Shown here: piece by piece, positions 39,765 through 48,633 of the stretch
Layout of the letters: each line of letters opens with the position of its first letter
Numbering within the stretch: the first letter of the stretch is position 1
NCBI GenBank assembly: GCA_016198685.1
Contig: JACQID010000004.1
Coordinates: 37,160 to 101,159, forward strand
DNA: 64,000 nt
Direction: 5' to 3'
Origin: Candidatus Aenigmatarchaeota archaeon
Lineage (GTDB): Archaea; Aenigmatarchaeota; Aenigmatarchaeia; GW2011-AR5
The notes under the pieces: model-generated
Databases searched by the model: none
What the model was told of the DNA's origin: nothing
Seen by the model: the letters and a program-made list of their open reading frames with translations, nothing else
Translations under genes and position numbers: made by a program

Positions 39765-40376
39765 ATGGACTGGAAGATCATAGCTTCTCTTGCTATTGTG
39801 ATGGCCATAGCTTTTATAGCCGTTTCAAGAACCCCGGAAGTTTCCCGTTTTTTCGATGATATAGTCGGTTATATTAACCCGGTGCCGGGCAATCTAAGCT
39901 TCTCGTTGGTAGGGGTTTATAGCGAGAATGTGACGCTTGCGACAACGAATTCTGCCGTGGAAATGACACCAGAGAACGTTTCCCTGGAAATAGGCGGAGG
40001 AACTATCGAGTCCGGGAGCCATATATTATTGCGGGGATTCAAAGGTAATGTCAAGATACATGAAAATACTGCTTATATAGATGGAATAGCATCTGCAGTT
40101 GAAGTCGGCGATGCGTCTATTAACTATGCCGGCCGTTCGGTCAAGGGAACGGTTGGGTTTTCGGCCTTGAAAGTTACGAATGTCACCAGCCGATCGTTCG
40201 ATCTCAATACTTCTTCGGGAATGCTAAATGCAGGCGACACGGAAATAACGATAGATGGCAAAATTGTAACCATAGTCGCGCCTCATGCCGATTATTCCTT
40301 TGAAACCGGATCTTTGCGTGTCGCCGGAAAGGCAAGAAGAATAGAAGTTCCGGATGCCGGACTGAGAATAGAATAG
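39765..40376 (+). CDS. hypothetical secreted protein
   Basis: N-terminal signal/TM segment, beta-rich composition. Confidence 0.3.
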   Translation: MDWKIIASLAIVMAIAFIAVSRTPEVSRFFDDIVGYINPVPGNLSFSLVGVYSENVTLATTNSAVEMTPENVSLEIGGGTIESGSHILLRGFKGNVKIHENTAYIDGIASAVEVGDASINYAGRSVKGTVGFSALKVTNVTSRSFDLNTSSGMLNAGDTEITIDGKIVTIVAPHADYSFETGSLRVAGKARRIEVPDAGLRIE

Positions 40377-40700
40377 TTATCGTTTGTTGCCTGGCACAAA
40401 AACGCCGCCTATCTTTCCTGCTATATCGAGTATTCCATAGACAATTCTTGCGAGAATGAACAACATGTACAACCCTATGCCCAAGGCGACGAAGAATATA
40501 ATTGCATTAAGATCCGTGGGCAGGCTGAATCCTAGGAGGTTCACGCCAAACGGAAAGACCGCTGATGCTACCGCTATTATACCTATGTTAATTACGGTCT
40601 TCACCGCTTGATTCATGACATAAAGGAAAGCGGCAAATACTATGACCAAAAGGGCCAGTTGCATGGTGTCAAATGCGCCTATGACGCTTTCAAATACCAT
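40377..40700 (-). CDS. hypothetical small membrane protein
   Basis: 3 predicted TM helices. Confidence 0.3.
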   Translation of the reverse strand: MVFESVIGAFDTMQLALLVIVFAAFLYVMNQAVKTVINIGIIAVASAVFPFGVNLLGFSLPTDLNAIIFFVALGIGLYMLFILARIVYGILDIAGKIGGVFVPGNKR

Positions 40701-40992
40701 AATTATATTTCATAATTGAATATAAAAAGAAAAAAAGAATTGTTGCTTTCGTTCCAGTCGGGCTTTCTCATTTGCCGCTTAAGCATGGCATACAAATTGT
40801 TTCGGTCTAAAACATATTGTTGTACGCCATGTCCTAACCCGCTATCGTTTTCTGCGCGTGTTATGCCTAGGAGATAGTGCTGCGGACTTATTGTAGCATT
40901 TGTCATTGCGGACACCGCAATGATGCCGACAACGCGTTTCAGGCAATTGTCAGGCTTTCAAAAGTCCGTCTACGCGCCGGACAGTAGGGCTG

Positions 40993-41298
40993 TCAAAGCT
41001 CAGTCACGTTATCAACGATTGTCGTATTCGAATCGTTAATAACGATGCCGTTCGTATCGTTTATGACTGGAGCCGTCGTATTGTTGATTTCAGGCATAGG
41101 CAGTGTATAATTTGTCATATTTGTTTCATTTATGCCCGGAATCGTTGTGTTATTAATCCCTGGAGTCGGAGGCTGTGGAAAAGGCAACGTTGTTGTAGTT
41201 GTAAAGGTAGTTGTTGTAGTCGTCTCGCCGTTGTCCATCGTACCTGTGCACCCTGCCGCTAGGAGCACCAAGGCCATAAAGGCTGCTATTGTTTTCAT
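40993..41298 (-). CDS. small secreted Thr-rich protein with a lipobox-like Cys and 9 N-glycosylation sequons
   Basis: MKTIAAFMALVLLAAGCTG signal peptide, a run of 13 Thr, then repeated NxT/S (INNTT, INETN, MTNYT, INDTN, NDSN, NTT, NVT). Start set at MKTIAAF. Confidence 0.4.
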   Translation of the reverse strand: MKTIAAFMALVLLAAGCTGTMDNGETTTTTTFTTTTTLPFPQPPTPGINNTTIPGINETNMTNYTLPMPEINNTTAPVINDTNGIVINDSNTTIVDNVTEL

Positions 41299-41370
41299 AC
41301 TTCTTATTATAGCGCTGAAATTATAAATAAAAAAACGGATTTTGATTCTTATTCCGTAATTTTTCCGGAA

Positions 41371-41465
41371 AATTATCATGCATATATTTCAATGACATCT
41401 TTCATCACCGCTTAACGTCAAGCCAGTCAAGAGGACAATTATCATGCATATATTTCAATGACATC
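41371..41465. repeat. perfect 29-bp direct repeat x2 (41371-41399 and 41437-41465) separated by 37 bp
   Basis: aattatcatgcatatatttcaatgacatc occurs twice; the second copy encodes the last 7 codons and stop of the DRG-like gene. Confidence 0.6.
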
Positions 41466-42227
41466 CCCGTCATCTAATGTATAACCGAGTCCCACCTGCT
41501 TGTTCATCCCCTTCCGGCCAATTCTTGCAAAACGGAAATTCTTAATGAAATCCTTGTGTATAGCCTTTGCAGCGTCCCTTACTGTCGCACCTCTGGCCAA
41601 TGACATTGGAGTCTTAGTCTTCTTCGTGTAAACCACTATTCTGCCCAATGCCTTCCATATTCTTTCTTTTACGCTGCTTGGCGTTTCTTCACGTGGATTG
41701 ACAGTCAATGATTTTGTGCGTATATACTTGTCATCAAGCATACTGCGCAGCATTTTTTCTTCTTTCGGATTTTTTATTACAATAATAACAAGCTCGGCCG
41801 TTCTCGCTATGCTGACGTAGGCAGGTTCGAATGTTGAAGGTATCTCGATAATCTGTATCTTGACCCCTTTCCAATCCATCATGCCTATCTCGGGCTTCAC
41901 GGTCGTGTATTCATAAGGCGCGATTTCAGGCTTTGCGTCTGTGATGGCGGCCAAAAGCTGGGATTTGCCGGAATTTGTGTAACCGAGCAAGCATACTTGG
42001 GCGTCTCCTTCTTTTTGTATCCCTACTTTTGTCGTGCCCTTCTTTTCGCCCTCTTTCTTGAGCTTAGCCAGCCTCGATTTCAATTGCGCATGTGCGTTCT
42101 CGCTTCCATGATGACGCGGAAGAAGCGATATCATCTCTTCCAAAGCCGCTATCTTTTCTTCTCGGTTCTTGGCTTGTGCATACTTCATTTCCGCTTTATA
42201 ATATTCCGCCGGAGGATTGACTGGCAT
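41442..42227 (-). CDS. DRG-family (Obg-class) GTPase homolog lacking the G4/G5 region, with a C-terminal TGS domain
   Basis: The N-terminus aligns to DRG (..AHAQLKSRLAKLKK.., G1 GYTNSGKS, then G2 and G3). It then runs straight into the TGS domain (GATVRDAAKAIHKDF...DGDVIEI). About 100 aa containing the NKxD motif are absent. 261 aa versus about 365-390. Confidence 0.6.
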   Translation of the reverse strand: MPVNPPAEYYKAEMKYAQAKNREEKIAALEEMISLLPRHHGSENAHAQLKSRLAKLKKEGEKKGTTKVGIQKEGDAQVCLLGYTNSGKSQLLAAITDAKPEIAPYEYTTVKPEIGMMDWKGVKIQIIEIPSTFEPAYVSIARTAELVIIVIKNPKEEKMLRSMLDDKYIRTKSLTVNPREETPSSVKERIWKALGRIVVYTKKTKTPMSLARGATVRDAAKAIHKDFIKNFRFARIGRKGMNKQVGLGYTLDDGDVIEIYA

Positions 42228-42489
42228 ATCTATAACTGCGACTGAAGGGATAAATCCGTAAGCTTAGCACCCTGTATGCAGATACACAAAGGATGGCATG
42301 GCACCATTGTATCCTTGACAACTAAGCATCGGCAATAAGTTAAGGCGATAATTATGGCAAGATATGTATTTGTGCAAAATCGTAATATAAAAGGTGATTA
42401 TACGCCTTTTGGCAAGATAGATTCTTTTTAAGGCAAAGAGTCGTTTTCTGAAACAGAAAGCTTTAAATATGCGTTATTACTAAAGAGTA

Positions 42490-42864
42490 GTGATATTAAT
42501 GAGAAAAATGAAAGATATTGATGCTAAGATATGGGGCGGCAAGCATGATATACCTGATGCAGACTATGCTCTAAGGCATCTTCACGGCAATCAAATGGGC
42601 TTGCCTGCAATGGTTTACAATGAAAGAAAGATCGATCCAGAATATGGGGGAGAGTATAATTTTGAACACTATAGGTCGTTATTTTTATCAGGGCTTAAAC
42701 AAATTTTGGAATACGGAATGGAGGAGGCAGGTGATGTGACATATGAACGCCTACTCAATATCGCCCATCTGGTGGCGTTGCCGGGAGCATGGGATGATCC
42801 TGAGAAATTCAGAGAAGCATATTATATGACTTCCAAGATCTTAGGGAAAAAGCCTATCTTCTAG
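42490..42864 (+). CDS. hypothetical protein
   Basis: 124-aa ORF with no recognisable family. Confidence 0.3.
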   Translation: MILMRKMKDIDAKIWGGKHDIPDADYALRHLHGNQMGLPAMVYNERKIDPEYGGEYNFEHYRSLFLSGLKQILEYGMEEAGDVTYERLLNIAHLVALPGAWDDPEKFREAYYMTSKILGKKPIF

Positions 42865-43182
42865 ATCATGGAGAGAGAAAGGCTTTTCTAATAGCGAGAC
42901 AGAAGGGTTTGCCTGCAAACCAATCGGGATGTTTGACTTGTTGCTATAGATTACTACAACATTTCTTGAAAATCCTCTGCCCACTGCTTTTGTCATTCTT
43001 TCGCCTGAACAATAATCAGCGTCAATAATAACGGTGCCGGCATAGCCAGGCAGGTCGACGCCTCTCGGTTCATAGCCTGCATTATGGTCTCCATTTTGCA
43101 GTCGATATGCAATAATGTCTTGTATAGGTGATCTGCCCACAAGGAGGATATTTGCGAGTTGCATATGATAATCTGTATTCAA
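42841..43182 (-). CDS. stand-alone degenerate receiver (REC)-like domain protein
   Basis: ILLVGRSP...VIIDADY...VIYSN...LEKPF matches the receiver fold and retains the Asp and Lys positions, but the N-terminal acidic pair is replaced by GR. Confidence 0.4.
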   Translation of the reverse strand: MNTDYHMQLANILLVGRSPIQDIIAYRLQNGDHNAGYEPRGVDLPGYAGTVIIDADYCSGERMTKAVGRGFSRNVVVIYSNKSNIPIGLQANPSVSLLEKPFSLHDLEDRLFP

Positions 43183-43586
43183 AATATAAAAAGCATCAAT
43201 GTATTAATTATAAGTATCAATAGCTTTCATGGTTACTGTTTTGGGAAGTCAATTTACGTTTGTACGGCACAGCCCAAAAATCTTTCAATTCATGATGACC
43301 ACATATTTTCCTGAAGACATTCCGCGCAACAAGGCTTCGTACATGAGCCACATTCTGTGCAATGGATTTTTGCCAATACTGAATCCGGAGATGGGTTATG
43401 TTGAAATAGGCACTCCCAGCTTAGAAGCAGGCTCGTAAGGCTTGCAAATGATGATTCTCTGCCGGATGACGGAATGACGGGGAGAGGATACTTGAATACG
43501 TAAGGTGTCTGGGAAACGTGAGTCCTCGTGATGAAGATGGGCTAAGAAATCTTTATGAGAAGGGCATAAACATGCAGAGGGAGAAT

Positions 43587-44183
43587 CTAGAGAAATGTCA
43601 TAGATATCAAAATAAGCTCTTCCCATTCGATTTTTTCCCTCTTAATTACAGATGCTTTGAACCCATATCTATTGCATAGTGCCAGAACTTCTTTTTCTCC
43701 ACTAAGAGAAGAGATAATGAAGAATATCATTCCATCCTTCTTAAGATAAGTTGCCGCTTGGTTCAAAAAAGCATATATCGTCTCCCTTCCTGTCGGGCCG
43801 CTTACCAGTTGAGCTTTAGAATTGCCTAAGTATTTATCACTCTCATCTGCCGGTAGATAAGGCGGATTGAAGGCTATTATGTCAAATTTGCCTTCTATGG
43901 AAGAAAATAGGTCAGATACTATAGTTTTGATATTCACGTTGTTGAAATTGGCATTCTTTCCCGTTGCAGTCACTGCGTCTTGATTTATATCTATAGCGGT
44001 TACAGTTGCTCCTTTTTTTGCAGCAACAATCGAAGAAAGCCCTGCGCCGCATCCTATTTCCAGGAAGGCCGTGCCTTTCTTCACTTTTTCAGAAACCACT
44101 TCTGCGAGGAGCAGTGAATCTTCTTCAGGATAATAAACTGAATCGGGCACTTCGAGTTTTATGCCTTTATAATTAAATTCCAT
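43587..44183 (-). CDS. HemK/Mtq2-like protein (release factor) glutamine-N5 methyltransferase
   Basis: EIGCGAGLSS motif I and the FNPPY motif IV. Confidence 0.65.
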   Translation of the reverse strand: MEFNYKGIKLEVPDSVYYPEEDSLLLAEVVSEKVKKGTAFLEIGCGAGLSSIVAAKKGATVTAIDINQDAVTATGKNANFNNVNIKTIVSDLFSSIEGKFDIIAFNPPYLPADESDKYLGNSKAQLVSGPTGRETIYAFLNQAATYLKKDGMIFFIISSLSGEKEVLALCNRYGFKASVIKREKIEWEELILISMTFL

Positions 44184-44206
44184 GGATTATATTGCGAAGA
44201 AAGCGA

Positions 44207-44854
44207 TTAAACATAACCGCTGTTTGTTGTAGCCTCAATGAAGCCTGTGATAAAGCCTGCAATAGCTATAAACACAAAGAAACCAACCGCCAAGCCTGTG
44301 CAGGCTGTAAGAAGCACCGCTCCTGCAGCTTTGCCCATACTCATATTATGAAGAACAGACATACCGACTATACTTAGATATAGTGCATAGAAACCGCAAA
44401 TTGTCCAAATCAAAAGCCATACCATTGAACCTATTGCAGGTATCCACATAATAGGGAATAAAAGAGCTGTAATTTGGTGAGGAGTATTACTATATACTAC
44501 AGCTTTGTATGTTTCTGAATAATAATTCTTTGCGCCAAGGATTTTTGCAAATGCATGCAACATTCCGGCAGCGATGAATCTCCATACTATTCCCGTTATC
44601 CAGACAAAGCCAAAAACTACAATATTGATAATGCTTCCAGCTACAGCCGTTTCTCCCAGCGCCCCTTGATAAAGAGAACTCATCGCAAGACCCAAAATAA
44701 GGGCAAGCAAGGTTGTTGCTATAGCAGGAATAAGCGAAATAGAGAAGTAATACTTGAAGGCATCGCCAATTCCCTTCTCCTTCTTGGCAGAAGCGAAGAA
44801 TTTTGACGGGGTTAAAAGAATGCTGCTAATTTTTAGAAGAATTCGGGCATTCAT
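44207..44854 (-). CDS. Yip1-domain family membrane protein (paralog 1 of 3)
   Basis: N-terminal ...LTPSKFFASAKKE... followed by 5 TM helices. Confidence 0.5.
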   Translation of the reverse strand: MNARILLKISSILLTPSKFFASAKKEKGIGDAFKYYFSISLIPAIATTLLALILGLAMSSLYQGALGETAVAGSIINIVVFGFVWITGIVWRFIAAGMLHAFAKILGAKNYYSETYKAVVYSNTPHQITALLFPIMWIPAIGSMVWLLIWTICGFYALYLSIVGMSVLHNMSMGKAAGAVLLTACTGLAVGFFVFIAIAGFITGFIEATTNSGYV

Positions 44855-44862
44855 TTTCTAGC

Positions 44863-45414
44863 CTATGCTACTGCCTGTGCGCCGGCAGCAAGTATAGCAA
44901 ATATGACTGTTCCGACTAATGCCAGAACTGCAACCATGGCCAGTAAGAGCGGAACAAGAATCACGGCCGCAGCTCTTCCCATGCTGATATTCTGAAGAAC
45001 TGAAAGACCCTTGATATTTAGATAAATAGAGTATAATGCCGCTATTATAGACACTAACGGCAGGAAACCTACAAGATATACCGGAGTCGTAGCATACATT
45101 CCTGCTTTCAATGTTTGGCTGTATCCATTCTTTCCTCCTGCTAAGATAACCAATATATGCGTTATCGCTGCTGCAATAAACTGAATAATGATAAAGAAAA
45201 CTGGCACTATTAGAGATGTTAGGATAATAGCTACGATATCGAAGCTTGCTATAAGGGAACTTATAGACATGCCAAGCAAAGATCCGACTATGCTAAGCAC
45301 TGCAGTATATTTGATGACTTCACCATACCCTTCTTCTTTCTTGACAGATACGAAGAATTTGTCTGGATTGGTAAGAACCAGCTTGATTTTGTCTATTAGA
45401 GTAATAGTTACCAT
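44863..45414 (-). CDS. Yip1-domain family membrane protein (paralog 2 of 3)
   Basis: LTNPDKFFVSVKKEEGYG N-terminus, 5 TM helices. Confidence 0.5.
   Translation of the reverse strand: MVTITLIDKIKLVLTNPDKFFVSVKKEEGYGEVIKYTAVLSIVGSLLGMSISSLIASFDIVAIILTSLIVPVFFIIIQFIAAAITHILVILAGGKNGYSQTLKAGMYATTPVYLVGFLPLVSIIAALYSIYLNIKGLSVLQNISMGRAAAVILVPLLLAMVAVLALVGTVIFAILAAGAQAVA
44943..45012. repeat. 70-bp tract identical to 45631-45700 (inside paralogous Yip1 genes)
   Basis: gtaagagcggaacaagaatcacggccgcagctcttcccatgctgatattctgaagaactgaaagaccctt is present in both paralogs, whose flanks are divergent. Confidence 0.7.
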
Positions 45415-45544
45415 TTCATTCTAATGTGTAGCGCATATATAAATAGTTTTCTATGAATGGGCAAAAGAAAGGTTTAATTGAGATTATCAGCGAAAAAACA
45501 GTACAAGACGTTATGAGAGGCCTTAATTCTAAGATATACGAAAA

Positions 45545-46132
45545 TCAGGCTGCAGCTTCCATGCCGGCGAGAGCTACAAGATAAGTAAGCACAGCAGCTC
45601 CTGCAATTATAAAGCCTATGATTAAGGCAAGTAAGAGCGGAACAAGAATCACGGCCGCAGCTCTTCCCATGCTGATATTCTGAAGAACTGAAAGACCCTT
45701 TATCGTGAGATAAAGGCTGTAAAGTCCTGCCAAAAATCCTATATAAGGAACCCAGCCAAATAAATTTTTTGCAGTCGACCCATATGCAGTCGCTTTATAT
45801 GTTTCTGTATAGCCATTTCTGCCTCCAAAGAGATATACGAAGACATGCATTACTGCGGCTCCGACAAAGGAAAGTAAAATTCCGAGTATCCACAAAAGAA
45901 CAATGGCCATGGCACCCATGCCTCCTAGGAACATTTGGTAAGTGGGGTTATAGGAAACCATATCTGCTGCGATATTTATCAGAATTATAGAAGCAATCGT
46001 GCTAACGAGGGATGTTATTATAAGATATTTTACAGGCTGTCCAAGTGCTTCCTCTCTTTTAACGGAATTGAAGAATTTTTCAGGATTGGTTAGAACAGTT
46101 TTGATCCGTTCTAACAAAGAAAATGTTGCCAT
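45545..46132 (-). CDS. Yip1-domain family membrane protein (paralog 3 of 3)
   Basis: LTNPEKFFNSVKREEALG N-terminus, 5 TM helices. Confidence 0.5.
   Translation of the reverse strand: MATFSLLERIKTVLTNPEKFFNSVKREEALGQPVKYLIITSLVSTIASIILINIAADMVSYNPTYQMFLGGMGAMAIVLLWILGILLSFVGAAVMHVFVYLFGGRNGYTETYKATAYGSTAKNLFGWVPYIGFLAGLYSLYLTIKGLSVLQNISMGRAAAVILVPLLLALIIGFIIAGAAVLTYLVALAGMEAAA
45631..45700. repeat. second copy of the 70-bp identical tract
   Basis: Same sequence as 44943-45012. Confidence 0.7.
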
Positions 46133-46163
46133 TTATATTTCAATGTTCTGAAATATATAAATG

Positions 46164-46284
46164 CTTTTCCATACCGGAATGCTTAAATCAAGTAGGCAAC
46201 ATAGATTTTTTCCTGTGTTTGATCGGTCTTGAAGACGAAACCTTTTCCATACCGGAATGCTTAAATCAAGTAGGCAACATAGAT
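46164..46284. repeat. perfect 43-bp direct repeat x2 (46164-46206 and 46242-46284) immediately upstream of the gltX start codon
   Basis: cttttccataccggaatgcttaaatcaagtaggcaacatagat occurs twice, 35 bp apart; contains a TATA-like cttaaat. Confidence 0.6.
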
Positions 46285-46290
46285 ACAGTA

Positions 46291-47937
46291 ATGGATGATA
46301 TTAACGCACTCATAAGACTGTATTCTCTCGCAAATGCCGTTGAACACGAAGGTCAGGCATCTCCGAAAAGCGTCTTAGGCAAGTTATTGGCTGAAAGGCC
46401 TGAGCTTCGCGCGAGCGTACAGCAAATAAGCAGCATGATAGACGAAGAAGTGCGAAAAATAAACAAGATAGCCTTAGAAAAGCAGAAAGAAGAGCTAGAC
46501 CAGATGGATTATCAAAAAGAGGAAAAGAAAGAGGAAAAGAAAGAGCTGCCTGAACTTGACATAGGCAGGAATGGTCTTGTAGTCAGGTTCGCCCCTAATC
46601 CTGACGGGGCACTGCATCTTGGGAATGCCAGACCGGCAATAATATGCCACGAATACTCCAGGCGTTACAAGGGAAAGTTCATTCTGCGTTTTGACGATAC
46701 TGATCCTAAAATAAAAGTTCCTGAAAAGCGATATTATGAATGGATACGGGAGGATCTTAAATGGCTGGGCATAACGCCTGACAAGGAAGTTATTTCCTCT
46801 TCGCGTCTTACAATTTACAATACTTATGCGACAAAGCTTGTGGAATTGGACGCGGCATATGTATGCACCTGCGGGGAAGCTTGGAAGAAATACCGTGACA
46901 ATGCTAAACCATGCCCTTGCCGTTCTCTTGATAAGAAAGAAAATATGAAACGCTGGAAAATGATGATTTCGCATAAATACAAGGAAGGCGAAGCTGTTCT
47001 CCGAGTCAAGACAGAGATTGATGCCAAGAACCCTGCTACAAGAGACTGGCCTGCAATGCGCATCGTCGATAAGCCTGACCATCCAATGAAGAAAACGCAC
47101 CTCTGGCCTCTGTATAATTTCGCGTCTGCCATAGATGACCATCTCCTCGAGATCACGCACATATTCCGTGGTCAGGAGCATTCGACAAATGAGGTTAAGC
47201 AACGTTATCTTTATGAGCATTTAGGCTGGAAATATCCGGAGACGATCATACTCGGCCGTTTCTCGCTCTCTGACATGATGCTCAGCAAAAGCTCGATACG
47301 CGAGGGCATAGAAAAGGGCGATTTCCATGAATGGGACGATCCGGGTCTTGGCACGCTTCGTGCATTGCGCAGGCGCGGCTTCGTGCCAGAAGCGATACGC
47401 AAGATAGTTGTTGAAGTAGGTTCAAGACCCAATGATATTACAATATCGTTTGAGAACCTAGCAGCTTACAACAGGAAGATAATTGATCCTAAAGCCAAGA
47501 GATATTTCTTTGTCGCTGAGCCCAAACTGATACTTCTTAAAGACGGGAAGAAAGCCGTGGTAAAGGCGAAGGTGCATCCTGCCGGTGAAAAGACCAGAAG
47601 CATAGCTGTAGGCGACAGGATTTACGTGGAGAAAGATGATTATGACAAGTACAAGGGGCTGGAAATAAGGCTCAAGGATTTCTGCAACGTGAAACTAGGC
47701 GATACGGCCGAAGTGACAGGGTATGAAATGAAGCCTACTCCTAAGATACATTGGGTCCCGGAAAAGCATATTGTGGTGCGTGTTCTTATGCCAGGCGGAG
47801 AAACCTTAACAGGCGTAGGCGAACCCAACATACTGAAATCCAAGAAGGGAGAAGTCGTGCAGTTTGAAAGATTCGGATTCGTCCGTATTGAAGGCAAAGA
47901 GAAAAGCAGTGTAGGCGCGATATTTTCTCATTCTTAA
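46291..47937 (+). CDS. gltX: glutamyl-tRNA synthetase (archaeal class I GluRS)
   Basis: PNPDGALHLGNARPA (HIGH-type) motif, KMSKS region. Start set at MDDINAL; the ORF-track N-terminal extension merely translates the upstream repeats. Confidence 0.85.
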   Translation: MDDINALIRLYSLANAVEHEGQASPKSVLGKLLAERPELRASVQQISSMIDEEVRKINKIALEKQKEELDQMDYQKEEKKEEKKELPELDIGRNGLVVRFAPNPDGALHLGNARPAIICHEYSRRYKGKFILRFDDTDPKIKVPEKRYYEWIREDLKWLGITPDKEVISSSRLTIYNTYATKLVELDAAYVCTCGEAWKKYRDNAKPCPCRSLDKKENMKRWKMMISHKYKEGEAVLRVKTEIDAKNPATRDWPAMRIVDKPDHPMKKTHLWPLYNFASAIDDHLLEITHIFRGQEHSTNEVKQRYLYEHLGWKYPETIILGRFSLSDMMLSKSSIREGIEKGDFHEWDDPGLGTLRALRRRGFVPEAIRKIVVEVGSRPNDITISFENLAAYNRKIIDPKAKRYFFVAEPKLILLKDGKKAVVKAKVHPAGEKTRSIAVGDRIYVEKDDYDKYKGLEIRLKDFCNVKLGDTAEVTGYEMKPTPKIHWVPEKHIVVRVLMPGGETLTGVGEPNILKSKKGEVVQFERFGFVRIEGKEKSSVGAIFSHS

Positions 47938-47943
47938 AACTTT

Positions 47944-48516
47944 TTGCATCTTACTGCATGCATGGAACCAATAGAGTTCATAGTAGCTGCATCAAGAACG
48001 CGCAGAACTTTGCCTTTTGGGATGAAGGTTAACGAGAGTGTTCTGGTATGTGACAGAGATGATGTTTTTGCCGTGTCTTTCAGGCAAACAAGAAACGGGA
48101 AAATGAAGGAATCTTTCATGGCCGCATCTGAAGAAGGTGCGGATCGGTATATGGACTTTGTCAGAAAGCGGATGGTCGAGCGCTTTGAATTCGTGTATCA
48201 GGACATCGTTCGGCATATGAATCATTATGATATAAATATTTTGACAATGAATCCTCATATAGAGGCCAGGACAAAGAAAGATTTTTTTGCAGAATTTTTG
48301 CATCGTCGTGGCTATAGCAAAGATGCAGGGGACGATGCTGCAGAGGGCGTTTATGGGAAGGGGATGCCATCTGGGAAAAAATACATGTGTATTAGCGGCA
48401 ACGCAAAAAATGGAGATAATTATTATTTATGGTCCGTTTTCGATGCCGATACTTTCGCGAGAAACAGGGAATATCTGCGTTCCCGTTTGCAGGATTGCCG
48501 AGCAAAGCTTTCATGA
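47944..48516 (+). CDS. hypothetical protein
   Basis: 190-aa ORF with no recognisable family. Confidence 0.3.
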   Translation: MHLTACMEPIEFIVAASRTRRTLPFGMKVNESVLVCDRDDVFAVSFRQTRNGKMKESFMAASEEGADRYMDFVRKRMVERFEFVYQDIVRHMNHYDINILTMNPHIEARTKKDFFAEFLHRRGYSKDAGDDAAEGVYGKGMPSGKKYMCISGNAKNGDNYYLWSVFDADTFARNREYLRSRLQDCRAKLS

Positions 48517-48633
48517 CGGCACCGGCGCAAAATAATGCTTAAAAGCATTTCCCGACTAAATTCAGTGAATGGGGAAAATCGGTAGCCTCCTGGCTTTTAT
48601 GTACAAGACGTTCATGCCAATGGTAATGATGTT

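Noticed and set aside
41371-41465. Possible CRISPR array
   Set aside because: There are only two repeat copies with a single 37-bp spacer, the repeat overlaps a protein-coding 3' end, and no cas genes are nearby. Recorded as a simple direct repeat instead.
46123-46290. ORF-track N-terminal extension of gltX (MLPFIFQCSEIYKCFSIPECLNQVGNID...)
   Set aside because: The extension only translates the two 43-bp direct repeats. GluRS homology begins at MDDINAL (46291).
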